A DNA stretch of 64,000 nucleotides from Vitrella brassicaformis CCMP3155. Lineage: Eukaryota; Protista; Chromerida. Made by a program: the position numbers and the translations under genes. The stretch lies in the NCBI GenBank assembly GCA_001179505.1, contig CDMY01000303.1, forward strand, positions 1 through 64,000, written 5' to 3'. The notes under the pieces were generated by a model that worked only from the letters and a program-made list of their open reading frames with translations, searched no databases and was not told where the DNA came from. Positions 1 to 12,550 of this stretch are shown one piece after another (within the stretch, counting starts at the first letter, position 1; the number at the start of each line of letters is the position of its first letter).

Positions 1-1672
1 ATCAATGGTGTAGTGGTCCCACGCACGCCACTCAAAGATCACAGTGCCCTTCCTGAGAGCACTCACACAGACAGACAGACAGACAGACAGAAGCAGGCAG
101 GTCTGTGCTCATGGGGCCGGCCGGGCTGGGAGTGTGTTTGGACGGACGGACGGACCTATCGGTTTCGGTGACGGCTGCTACCTGCAGCGGCACTTGGTGG
201 CCTTTGTGCCAGACAATCTCGCGAAGCTTGTGCAGAAAGAGAGACCCGCCTGACGCACACACAGATTGATTAAGTATGCATGGGAAGAGCGCATCGCACT
301 CGCACACCTCCCCACACCACACCACACCACACGCGACAGCAACCGCCACGCCCTCACCTGAAGCAAGCTTTTTGAAGTCATGCGCTGAGAGAAACAACGA
401 AGAGCAGCCCATCGATCCATCCATCCACCCACCCACCCACTCATCGTTGTGTGGTGGGGTGGGGTGGGGTGGGGTGTGGCCTCACTCACAGTCGGCTGTG
501 TATCCGTGCGGTGCGGTGTTCTTGCGGACGAATCTGTAGCTCTTGTCGACCTCCGACAGGCCGAAGACCATGTGGCCATTGGCGTTGATGTCGAAGTTGG
601 CCCGCCCCGCCATGGAGATGTTGTCCTTGAGCCGCAGGTGGAAGACCATGTCGCCCCGGTTGTCCAGGACCAGGAGGTAGGGAGTCCACATCTTGCTCTT
701 CTCGATCACCTGGGACTTCTTGTTGGAAGCCAGAATATACCCATCGCTCACCTTGCCCGCCTTGGGCGGCACCGACAGCCGCACCCGGGGCAGTTTGTGC
801 TCGAAGGGCAGCGTCTTGTAGCCGCTCCGCAGGTAGTGCGCCAGCTGGAAGGTCTTCATCTCGTGCAGCCCGTCGTGGAACCGGGGCGATGCCTTCATCG
901 CCGTCGCGTTCTCACCACCATCGATGACAGGATAGTCTTCGGTGAGCGCGTGTGCGCTGTAGTGGCTGTTGAAGTCCAGGGGCGATACGGGTCCGTCCCA
1001 CGAGTGGTCGTAGCCGAAGGTGTCGTCAAAGTAGAAGGACCGCTCGTTGATGATCTGTATGCCGGCCGCCCTGCCAAAGTCCTGCAGCCGCTTGGAGCTG
1101 TCGTCACGCGTCAGAAACCGCTGGTCGCCCACATTCCAGCTGTGCAGCGCCTTGCCAGACACACGGAACGACCAACTCAGCCCGCCCAGCGGCTTGCCGG
1201 CCACCGTCCGCAGCCCCTTCTTGACGGTCACCTTGACCCGCTCCCCCGGCTTGAAGGGCCGCACCAGCTTGAGCACGATGGTGCGCCGGTCCTCGGCAAG
1301 CACGACTCTCCCCTTGCCCTTGCCGAGCTTGGAGCCGCTCTTCTCGCCCACGGCCTGAATCTTGCCGACGACGCTGTCCGGCCTGATATGGTCGCCGTGG
1401 CGCACACCAATCGACGTGAAGGGCGACACGTACACGGCATCAGGCCGCGGGTGCACATAGTTGAAGGCGCCGAAGCGCAAGGGGCCGGGGCTTTCGGTTC
1501 TGCCGAGGGTGGGGAAAGGGAAGGTGTGATTGTGGGGCTGTTTGTGGAGGGACTGGCGGAAAGGTTTGCCCGGAGCGGCGCTGGCCAGGTAAGGAGAGAG
1601 GGTCAAGAGGAAGGAGAGAAGCCCGGCGAGAAGGCGGCAGCAGTAAGAAAAGAGCGGGGGTGGAAAGGTCAT
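1..1672 (-). CDS. Secreted arylsulfotransferase (ASST)-like protein with N-terminal Ig-like domain; 3' end lies outside the window
   Basis: 396-aa ORF with a hydrophobic signal peptide (LLAGLLSFLLTLSPYLASA), an Ig-like segment (YVHPRPDAVYVSP...SWSFRV) and PYLLVLDNRG. GT-AG splicing of exons 490-1672, 358-384, 156-249 and 1-52 gives GYTADSHDFKKL...VAAVTETDRKGTVIFEWRAWDHY, matching recalled ASST motifs D-x-H-[DE]-F and VxFEWxxWDH. Confidence 0.75.
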
Positions 1673-2809
1673 GGCTGGACTGTTATTTCTTCCTCGGCGG
1701 TGGTGAATGTGTCAACTCGGGACGACACACGAGACAGACGGCATACCTCACCTTACTCCCTCAGGGAAGGGAATTTTCTGTCTGTGTGGGCACCCACACT
1801 ATGTACATACAGTGGGCGCTCCGTCACTTATGACGCACCTCTGATAGCCTACGTATGCGCGTGTGCATGTGTGTGTGTGTGAACAGCTGGAGGCTAGAAT
1901 GCTGAATGCATCTGCACCGCTTAAGCTTCATTCTAACTACACAGACAGGTCGGCGCACCCGGAAAAGTGTTTCTGCAGTTAATGCGTCCACACACAGCTG
2001 TGGCGTTTTTCTTTGTGTGGCCGCAGACCACTCACTCCACGGGTTCCATCATCTGCTGCAGCTAAGGGCTTGTTTCCCTTTCGTGAAGTGACACCCCTTG
2101 ACAATGTCAGATGACTGACGCTGACTGACGTACTTATTGAAACAACCCCATGCACCTGCAGTGAGTGTCAGCCCGCCAATCCATCCAATTAATGTCAAGT
2201 CAGTCAGTCAGTCAGGGTTTCGGGACCTTGATTGAGGGAGCAAACAGTGATTGAGTGAGAAAGTCAGACATCTGATCGATCGATCGATGTGATAGTATTA
2301 TGTACACTCATGCATTCGACAGACAAAGAATGATAGATACACAAGCAAGCAAGTGTGGCGTGTGGCGAAGGAACAGGTAGGTGGGTGGGTGTGGGATGAT
2401 GATTCTTCTCTGCAGTGTGGTCGGTCGGTCGGTCGGTCGGTTGGTCACTCCCCCCCCCCCTCCCCTGCCTCAGTCCAGCCTCAATAACGACACCCCCCCA
2501 CCCCAGCAACTTCTGGCAGCAGCAAACGTAAAAGGGGAGAAACGTTAAGGAAGGCACTAATGCCCCCATGCCCCGGATGGAAGCAACCATGAAAAAAGAC
2601 AGAGGGCGAGCCAGCCAGACAGACAGGCGGACAGGCAGACAGACAGACAGGCAGATGGGCAGCAGGAAACCCCGTCCGACAAGACAAACCAAACCAAACC
2701 AAACAAACAAAACAACGGCGGAGAGGACCGTTTCACCTTGCCAACCAAATCAAATCAAAGAACCGACACCATACTCCCCGCCCCCCTCCCCTCCCGAGGC
2801 GCATTGCAT

Positions 2810-5800
2810 TCAGGGGCTGTTATTGGGCGGCAGAAGGTGTGTCCTCATGGCCCCCGCATTCGCGGCCTGCCCACTGCCTTGGTCCAGGCCCTCAAACCCG
2901 GTAGTGCCAGCCAGGTGACCGCGTGAGGAGGGCGACGACTCTCGCGACGAGCTGGGGACCGACTGTGTGGTGGGTGGCGCCTGTGCCACCTTGTTGGCGC
3001 CCAGCTCATCGGATGACTCCTGCCGGTTGAGGGTCTCCTGGTCGTCGGTGTCGCGACAGGCGAAGAAGACCGCAACCGCCATGCCCATCAGACCGAAGAA
3101 ACTCCACGCGAAGATCACCTGGATGGATCGGCCAACAGGGCAGCAGGGCACAGCCAGCCACACACACAAACATAATGCTGGCTGGCTATCTGGGTGGGCG
3201 TCTCCCGCACGCACAGCTGTCTGTTGGCTCGTCTGTCTGTCTGTCTGTCGGATGTGTTCACCTTCATTCCTTCTCTGAGTCCCCCGAGGGCCGTCATGAG
3301 TGCTCCGGGAAGCGCGGCGCCTGCACAATGCGCACACACACACACACACACACGTCCTCATCCTTGGATGATGGATGCCAGGGTGTGGTGTCGCAGACTG
3401 ACTGACATACCGACCGGCGCTGTAGCCGAGGATGTTGTAGGTGCACATGGATATGCCGCTGGCGTAGAAGCGCATGTTGAGCGGCACCGTGTTGATGAGC
3501 ATGCCCGTCGCAGGCGGCAGGATGGCGCCGCCGAAAAACAGCTGCACACCATAGCATACACCCAACGTGGAGTGAGTCAAAGCTGATGGACGGACGGACG
3601 GACGGATGTATGGATCTGTCTGCCACCTACCAGCACCCAAATAAGGGCCAGCACCAACACCCACAGCTTCTTGTCCACGGGAAGCCAACCGGCCGTCACA
3701 CCTGCAGCAGCAGCAACGAGGAGATCCACCTAACCTACGTGTCTGTCTGTTGGTTGATCTCTCCCTCTCTCCCTCTCTGCCTCCCTCCTGGCAGACAGAC
3801 CGCACCGCATGCAGTGGCGATGAGTCCGTAGATGCAGCACGCAAAGAGCGTCCTGATGGTGCCAGCTTTGGTGCGATACCCCCCGACGCAGTCGATCGAC
3901 ACGCCCCCCAGCACCACTCCCAGCGTCGGTGCGGTGGCTGCCGTGCCGGCAAACGCACCCACAACCACATGCCGAGGCACCTGCAGGACACGCCAGCATA
4001 GACACGAGTGCATCGCCGCCAACAGGGGTGGCACATGATCCATCCACCAGGCGCCCACCCACCTCATAAATCGCAATGAGAAACTCTGTGGTCCAAAACT
4101 GCACACAGGGAGGGACGGAGCCACAGAGAGTGCTCACGCAGAGAGAGATATGGCCTGCCTGACCCTTAAAGTCTGTCTTTGCTGACTGGCTGGGTACACT
4201 GCGCATTTACCTGGATGCCCGTAACGACAAAGTACAGAGCACAAAGGGAGAAGACCGTCCACACGTACAGAGGATTCCTGCAGAAACACACAAGCGACGG
4301 CCATGACAATTAATTGCAATCCCCCATCCGTGGGCCCATCCATCCATCAGTTGGCGGTGGGGGTGGGGTGGGCATCATTCTCCTCACATGACGAGTGTCG
4401 CGAGCGACTCCCTGAACCCGGGGCCCTTCCGCCCCTCCTTCTGCGTTTCAGCCAGCTCTGCTGCCTGTGACGTCACAGCCAGACCGACAAAACCACACCC
4501 ACCAATACATACCTACAACGTTCATGTCTCTCTGCCTCTCTGTCTGTGTGTGTCTCTGACCTCCTCGAGTTCGCCCGCCTCCGGTATTCGCGGCGGGAAT
4601 ACGTCCGAGACCATGCTCGGCTCCGGTCCGAAGCTGACGAAGGGGCCCGGCACGCGGCCCCCCGAAGAGTCGGTGTCACTGCCTCCCGCCCCAGGAGGTG
4701 GCAGCAGCCGCCGGTGGGCGTGGATGCCTTGTGGGCTGGCCTGGCTCACGGCAAGCTGCACAGGGATAGTGGATGGACGGCAGGGGGAGAGAGAGAGAGG
4801 CGTGGGAGGTAGGAAGGCGTCTGGCTGTGTGTGTTGCCCACCTTCAGGGGAACGTAGACAGATGCGGATGGGGCGCCGACCAGGAAAGTCATCGCTGCAT
4901 TCAGAGAGAGAGAGAGAGATGACAAGGCGGCCAAGACATCGTTAACGGCATGGCCCATGATGCCTCGTGTGCTTGCTGCCTGACAGTGTTTGGATGATAT
5001 CCCGGAGTACTGGGTGTCTTCCGACACATTTGACCCCGACCGAGCGCCCCTGGCCGCCCCGTGGTGGCTCCCGCCCACAGATGAACCCACAGACATCAAC
5101 TCCCATCTGCCAAAACGACACACACACACACACACAGAGCGCATGCCTTGCAACCGCGGAAATGTCATGATATTTCCCCTTCTTTGTTTTGTCACCTGCT
5201 AAATCCGCTTCTCGCCCACGGGGGCGAGATGACCGGCATCCGATGGGACACCCGAGCGGCAGCAGACGAGTACTGTGCAAACGAGCCGGCTATGCTGGTG
5301 TCGATAGCCATGGAGCCCGTGCTCTTCCGCTTGTTAACGAGGAACACCCCCACCCCCGATGGGTCGACTGATCCCACCGAAGACGCCGGCAGGCCGCTCT
5401 GTGTCCGTCGGTGCACGCCCGACGACGAGTGGTCGCTCACCGGCAGCTGGGGCGAGGCCGGCGACTGCCCCGACGTGCTGTTGACGTCCTCTCGGTGGTC
5501 GCTGTCACCCTCGGTGGACCTCCCGATCACACCGGCCTCCCTGTCTCGAAGCTCGCTGGGATGCGTGCCACGCGGCAACGACTGCAGGCCTGGCCGTGAC
5601 GCGGCGGATGGCTCGGGCGGCTGTGATGGAACTGACGCCCCGAGGCCGTGAGAGTGTGTGGTGGTCATTGGCGGGAGGGCGCCCTCCTCGCCCATGCTGT
5701 CGTGGTGGCCGAGACGGCCGTGATGGTGCTGCTGAGGCTGCGGGTGTGGGTGGTCGGACGAGCCTGGAGGGAGGAGACTTCGGCTGCCTGGTTGGCCGTG

Positions 5801-7161
5801 CGAGCCCCGACGTCTGAGAGGCGACGTGGGGGAGGTGGACCGCAGGCTGTTGGGCGACGCGCGGTCAGACGAACCACCTGCATACCCCCAGATAGTAGAT
5901 GAATGGGGTCCTTGTGGTGTCGGGCGATCTATCTTCGTTGCTCGTGCACTTGTCATGTCGCTTACTGTGTCCCGATTCAGGTCCGTGCTGGTCGTCGCTG
6001 TCGAGTAGCGACCGCTCCGTTGCCTCGGTGTGGTTGGCGTCGTTGGTGGCGGTCTGCGTCTCGCCCGTCATGCTCTTGAGGCCCTGCCGCGATCGCTGCT
6101 GACTCTCTATCTCCTCGAGGTTGCGGGACGCCTTCCGCTCCATCGCCGCCTGACATCATAGACACACATGATGCACAGGCGTGATGGGCATGCACATCGA
6201 TTTCGGCGGTGCGGTGGGGTGGCGACCTGCAGCTCTCTCGGGTCGGGTATGTTGATGTATTTGGCCTTGAGGATGACCAGGGCCGCCGTGAGTGGGGTCA
6301 TGATCAGAAACTGCATGCCGATCGACCACCGCCAGTTCCACGCGTATGTGGACAAGAAGCCAGCCATGAGGTAGCCCACCATGACCCCCACCACGGCCGC
6401 CGCCTGTAGCAGGCCCATCCACAGCGACACCCGGTCGGCCGGCGAGAACTCGTCCACCCACACTGGAGCGTAGACCACAAAGGCGCTCTGAGTGAAGCCG
6501 ATCAGGAAGCGGCTCGCAAAGACCATCCAGCCTCGGAACGATAAAGCCAGCAGCAGACACGCCAGCGTGTTGGCCACCAGTGTCGCGAAGAGGAAGCGCC
6601 GCTGTGTGTGGCCTTGGAGCACGCGGCCCACACAGAGGGAGGCAGACGTGAGGCCCACATAGGGCAGGGCACCCACAAGACCTGAGTGAGTCACGCAGGA
6701 AGTCAATGAGTGAAGAATGAGTGACAGAAAAAGAGAGAGCGAGAGAGAGGTGCGGTGCATTCATCGTCCGGAGACCAAGTTCAAAGAATGAGAAGCTGAA
6801 CTCCGACTCCACCTCTCCGAGGACTGCTGGTATGGCGCCCGAGTCATAGTTGACAAACACAGCGGTCGTGAAGACGAGAGCAAAGACCCAACCGATGAGG
6901 CGAGTGTCCTCGCGCGGATGACCAATCTGCAGCCAGGCACACAACACACACACCGAGAGAGTGGAGCCCATTCCCGCGGTGATGATTTGATCCTCTCACC
7001 TTGACTCTTTCCAGCTGTTGCATGATTGACAGTTCCCTTGCTTCAGGTGACAGCTCCTTTGCGCCACTGTCAGGAGAGGGAGGCATCCCGCCGTGGATGG
7101 CCTCTTCTTCTTTCATGTTGACGTCCTCAAGCTTCAACGTCACCTCCACCTGCTCTCCCAT
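2810..7161 (-). CDS. Major facilitator superfamily transporter, Spinster-like, multi-exon, with a very long central loop
   Basis: Exons give VFVNYDSGAIPAVL, SRFLIGFTQSAFVVYAPVWVDEFSP, NPLYVWTVFSLCALYFVVTGIQ/FWTTEFL, TAATAPTLGVVLGG and LFFGGAILPPATGMLINTVP, which are typical Spinster-family TM motifs. Stop at 2810; likely ATG at 7161 (MGEQVEV). Confidence 0.85.
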
Positions 7162-7328
7162 GCCCGGCACTTCCCGTTCCCTTCTTGCGCGCTTAGGTCG
7201 CACAGGGAAGGGGCTTCAAGGGTGGTGAAAGGCAAGGCTGTGAGACCGCCTCAATCACCTGGGGATGAATGTGCACATCAACCAGCCGCTCTCTCGACCT
7301 TCTCGTCCAATCTCTCCTCCTCAGTCAG

Positions 7329-9461
7329 CCTGCCGTGCCCACAACAGCACGACGCTGAAGAGACAAACAACACAGCACCTGGACCAAGCGACCACATCAC
7401 AATCGCAGCGCATGGCGACGAAACACGTCACGAAAGACGGGCCCCGATAACATCAACCATCGACACGAGGGATTCCGTTTCTGGCCATGAGCTGCGTCGT
7501 GAGGAGCGTATTATAGCGGATTTGGTCCATGAGATCAGGGAGGCGGCAGGCTACGAGGCTAGTTTTGAAGAGTGGCCGACCACGCTTGCGTATAAAACGA
7601 TGGATCACCCCGACGGCAGCACAACAGAGGTGTTTGTTGGTGCAACTTTTGAGCCCGAGCCGTTCGTGATGACCTTGAGGCGAATTTCTGTGGCTCTACT
7701 TCAGCAGTCAGCAATTGCTCTGGCCATTGCCATCGTCCTCGTCGGTTGCACTGTAATGTTCACCTATTGGTGTCTGTCAAGTACGTTTGGGCCGGTGTTT
7801 GGTGCCCTCCGCCGCATTGTAGAATGTCTCATGCTGCTGCTCATCGTCGTGCTCGTCACAGATGGGACCGACCTGCGAAGAATGATAGTGCGGCTGAAGA
7901 AGGAGTGGCTCGTCTTTCTTCCGGCATTGGCGCTCGGTCTGTTGATCTCTATTGGTCATGAGCTCCATTTCGACAGCCAAGAACGAAGAAACATCATCAT
8001 TCCGATTTTCTGGAGCTCATATTATGCGGCTTTCTTTGTGTACTTCTGGCGCGTTGCGGGATCGTTGAATATTAGGGCCAGACGAGAGTATGTCATGAAG
8101 GTTACAGCAGCTGTCACGATGGCATTCACTATGTCAATAATTTGGGTCGCTGCCCTCTCGCCACGATTTGCTGCTGCATCATCCACTGACAGGGACCGAT
8201 TCCGGATGGCTGTCATATATCTCGCAGTCTTCATGCCCGCTATCGGACTTGTCAATAAACTCGTGCGGTCGCTCAAAGTACGAACTGACTAACAGAGCCA
8301 CTTACGAGACAGCGGACTTTGTCTCTCACGATGCTATGTGTATCCAGGAGGGACCTCCCACATGCAATTCGCTGCTTATAGCCATACCTGCGGTGGTCTA
8401 CGTGATCTTCCCACGTCAGTCATCTCTTCATGGCTGACACACGTACAATGGGGGGTGTGATGTTCCTGATCAGGAATGCTCCAAGCCGAGGCCGTGAACC
8501 TGAGGAGCAAACTCTTCTACTCTGTCCTCATCTCAATCTTTGACCTGATCATGGACATTTCATACCCCTATTGTACGCGCGTCAGCCATGGACACATCAG
8601 TGAATTCTTGGTCAATTATGCTTGTCTCCTTGTATGCATCAGCAATTCTACTTTATTTGTCGGCCAAAAGGTTTGTCAAGGCCCGGTTCAAGAGACAGGC
8701 AACCACAGCTTATAGCTTGACCGACATCGCGGTGACGGCGACCAAAGCGGAGGCGGTCAGTGGATCAGCCATGAGCAAGGACAACGACGCTACGGAGACC
8801 CAGCACAGCAAGAGAAAGAACAGTCATCTGCTACGACGTCAAAGCTCAATTATGACCACAGCGCTGTCTCTCGCTGCTCCAGTAGGAGGGCTGCAGTCGG
8901 CCTTGGCCTCACTCGAAGTGTCTCCAAGGTACTCGCGGCCACAATAGACTCAGACACGATCCACATAGTGTGCACTTACGTGTACTCATTGCAGGTATCT
9001 ACGTGCACTATCCGACCAGGTGAACATCTGGTCCACCTGTGAGTTGGTGGCACTTTTGTTTACCAACCTGGCTGTACTCACGGCCCAAGCTTACGCAGGC
9101 GTGTCATGGGAGCAGCTTGTGGAGGAAGGCATCGGTTTGGTGTTACTGGTGGCTATCGAGCAGCTACTCGAGCTGTGCGTGCTGTGTGTTTTGATGAGGT
9201 GGAACAACCTTCCCATGCTTTCGTCCAGGTCTGAGAAAGGCGTTCTTCGCCGTATAATGCTGATCTTGTTCCTGGTCGCCGGCACCTGGTAAGGCGCATT
9301 TATCGATCGGCTTCCTGTCTCACTGCTTTTGTCTGTTTCTGTCTCTCTCTCTCTCTGTCCGTGTGTGTAGCATTTCCGGATGGCTGCCGTTCTTCTTGAT
9401 GTCTCTGGTTCGCGCCGTCGGCCGCACCGTTGCACAGCCAGGGGTATCCTACCTGAGCTAG
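7329..9461 (+). CDS. Hypothetical multipass membrane protein (lineage-specific); start not resolved
   Basis: Long open frame to about 8275 with several TM helices. GT-AG junctions link it in frame to EGPPTCNSLLIAIPAVVYVIFPR/MLQAEAVNLRSKLFYSVLISIFDLIMDISYPY/SILLYLSAKRF.../YLRALSDQVNIWSTCELVALLF.../ISGWLPFFLMSLV..., with TAG at 9459-9461. Confidence 0.7.
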
Positions 9462-10768
9462 AGTCGTCCGATTCGGCTGCTTACTGCTTACATTTCTTTC
9501 CTGTCACCTAAAAAGGAGCCGGGCTGCCAGTATTGTGCTGATCATGAGTGAAGAGTTGTCTCGGGGAAGTCAGACACGCAGAGCCCAGCAGAGTGAAGTG
9601 TGACATGCAAGGCGAGCCAGCGCAATTGTTGGATTGGAATGAACATAGGGCCTGCTCAGCGTAGGCCATGGCCATGTGCAGGGATCCATAGATGGGCACA
9701 TAGGAGAGAAGAACCTGGGAATGTGGGACATCTATGGGGCTTTGCCTGAGTGAGACATGCTGAGTTTATTGAAAAGACTGGTCATTGTCTCATTGTCTTT
9801 CTTCCGGGAGTTTTTTGTTGGCTGCAACGCGTAGGGCCATGCTCTTGTCCTCGTCATGTACTTCCGCTGGATTACAATATGGATAGTCAGAGAGGCAAAG
9901 CCACTGACATGTACACACAACTGGATCCGGTGTAATGAGACACTGCACTATGGCTGTGCCTGTCTGTGACTATCCTGTGTCGGCTGTCTGCTCCTTGCCT
10001 GCAGTGCTTCGCTGTCTACTCCCCGGCAGGGCAGCGCAGCACTTCCTGTGCGGTTTCCCCAAGTGTGCAGCGAGCAAGGTTGGATGGCCTGTTGGTTTTG
10101 CTCGAGTGGTGCCCCCTTGTACAGCTGTGAGGGACCGGGTGCCTTGTCATGTGGGCGGATGAATGGATGGATGGATGGACACCTGTAGACAGAGGGTGGT
10201 GTGGTGGTAGATGTACGAAGAGAAGTGACATTCCTCCTTCATGTCACGCTGTGACATACATGAGGATCCACTGACTGAATCATTTGTTGCAATTGCAAAA
10301 GGCATTATGCCAACCATGGCGCGTTTGTGTTGTCTCACCGCTCAGTCATATCTCTTGACAAATCTAATCGGTGCCACGCGCCATGAAGCCGACACACACA
10401 CCAACACTCTTGTCCATCCCACTGCACTCACTCCTCAGCTAACCAGTCTGCTGCCGGAAATGGACCGTCCCACCGCTCTGGCTGCCCCCCTGTCTGTCTG
10501 TCTGTCCAGCTAGCATCTTCTGTGTTTCTCCCTCCCTCTCGCAAGCTATGCGGTCAGCGCCTTCACAAACGTGAATGGATGGATTGATGCCGTCTCCCTC
10601 CCTCCCTCCCTCCCTCCCTGCTCGTTGTCCGCTTCTTGATCATCAGTGCCGCTCGCTTCTTGGTCGCCGATATGCCGTGTGTGGCGAGAGCCACAGGTAT
10701 GTATCTTCAGCAGCAGCTGATGGATGGATGGATGGATGGATGGATGAATGGATGCCAGCGACGTCGAC

Positions 10769-10819
10769 TTTCTCGGGCTCAGGGTTTCTCGGGCTCAGGG
10801 TTTCTTGGGTTCAGGGTTT
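10769..10819 (+). repeat. Three 16-bp units of TTTCTCGGGCTCAGGG (telomere-like)
   Basis: Two exact units and one variant (TTTCTTGGGTTCAGGG), ending about 45 bp upstream of the ECH1 ATG. Confidence 0.8.
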
Positions 10820-10863
10820 GTGAAGGGTGGCGGCGCAGCCTCAAACGCAATAACCAACCAACC

Positions 10864-12550
10864 ATGTCATCGGACAGCGCCTTGGTGTTGGTGCAGGAGG
10901 TTGCGCCATTCATCTACGAGGTGGCGCTGAATCGGCCGAGTGCGAGGAATGCACTCAATGCAGAGATGTGGACGGCGGTCAAGACAGCCTTCGATCATCT
11001 ATCTGCCGATGGCTCATGCCGATGCGTCATCCTGTAAGCAAAGACAATGAATCACTCCAATCTGCGTACAGCCTGTGTGCTTCGCTTCTCTGAAGATCCG
11101 GACGAGGGTCACTCTTCACTGCGGTACGCATGAGCCACGAGCCAGCCAGCAGGCGTGTACTATGCACTGTTCACCACTCACTGGTTGGTTGCATGTGCGT
11201 GCTTTCAGGGAATCGACTGTGAGTGGCGCGGTTGCTTCATGAGGTTGAACACGCGTGTCTTGTTGCTTCTCTGTCGGTCCGTTTGTTCGTTCAGTAACGT
11301 TCGCAATGGCACATATGGCCCAGCAGGAGGGGGAAGGTGAGCGAGAGAGCCGGGGAGCAAACGGCCGGCTTTGACCATTCGTCCAGGCATGCTTTGCCTG
11401 CCTTGTTGCACGCATACCACAGATGTGGCCCGGAGGGCCTTCAAGCTGAAAGCCTTCGTCGAGCACCTGCAGGAGTGCGTGTCGTCTATCGGTACGCACA
11501 CCAACACCACACCGAGTGCGCGAGGCGTGCACATCCGATTGTACGGCTGATTGGGTGATTGATGGTTCAGAGAGGTGTTCGAAGCCCGTGATCGCTGCGG
11601 TGCGTGGCGGGTGCGTGGGCGCCGGTGTGGACCTCATCTGTGCGTGCGACATCCGCCTGTGCACGCATGACGCCTGGTTCACCGTCAAGGAGATTGACCT
11701 GGGGCTTGCGGCCGACCTGGGTACGCCGACGGACGAACCAACGAACCGACAGAGAGGGCGACATGTGTCTTGTCTGTGTGTGTGATGAACTGATTGACCA
11801 GGGACGCTTCAACGATTGCCACGTGTGTGCGGCAATGAGAGCTGGGTGGGCGGATTGGCGGGATGAATGGATCGATGAATGGGTGCACCCATACAGTTGT
11901 GCTCATTTCTGTCTGTCTGTCTGTCAGGTTCGTGAGCTTGCCTACACTGCCCGCCGGTTTGACGCACGAGAGGTAGGGAGGGAGGTGCGGCGCGGTATAT
12001 GAAATGGGAAACTGTAGAGCGAATGACACGCAAGAGGCGATTGTTGTATGTGGCTGTGGGTGTGGGTGTGTATGTGGTTGTGGGTGTGGGTGTGTCGTCG
12101 TGGTTCTTGAGTGAAGGCTTATGAGCGCGGGCTGGTCAGCGCGATAGAGCCGACGGCCGAAGCCATGAGAGGTATGCAATTGACGACCCGCCTCGCTGAC
12201 GGAAGACACTATGTGTGGTCGTCCATTCATTAGATGGTGCGCTCAAGTTGGCATCTGTGATAGCGTCCAAGAGCCCCGTGGCTGTCTGCGGCACCAAGGC
12301 GGCCCTCAACTATTCACGAGACCACTCTGTTGAGGTACGGGTGTCTTTGTGTGTCTGTGCGTCTGCGTGTCTGTGTTTGTGTCTATGTCTTTGTACCTGT
12401 GTGTGCGTGTGCCTGCAGGATGGTCTGGTGATGCAGCGGATTTGGAACATGGCAGCGTTGCAGAGTGAGGACGTCGGCATTGCAGCCGCCGCTGCTGCAC
12501 ACATGGGGGGGAGGGGCAAGACACAGCCGACGGCCTTCTCGAAGCTCTGA
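10864..12550 (+). CDS. ECH1: Peroxisomal delta(3,5)-delta(2,4)-dienoyl-CoA isomerase (crotonase family)
   Basis: Exons encode EVALNRPSARNALN, CSKPVIAAVRGGCVGAGVDLICACDIR, FTVKEIDLGLAADLGT, VRELAYTARRFDA and IASKSPVAVCGTKAALNYSRDHSVE. The C-terminus AFSKL* is a canonical PTS1. Confidence 0.92.

Noticed and set aside
449-1882. 477-aa plus-strand ORF
   Set aside because: Antisense shadow of the GC3-rich arylsulfotransferase exon; no recognisable motifs.
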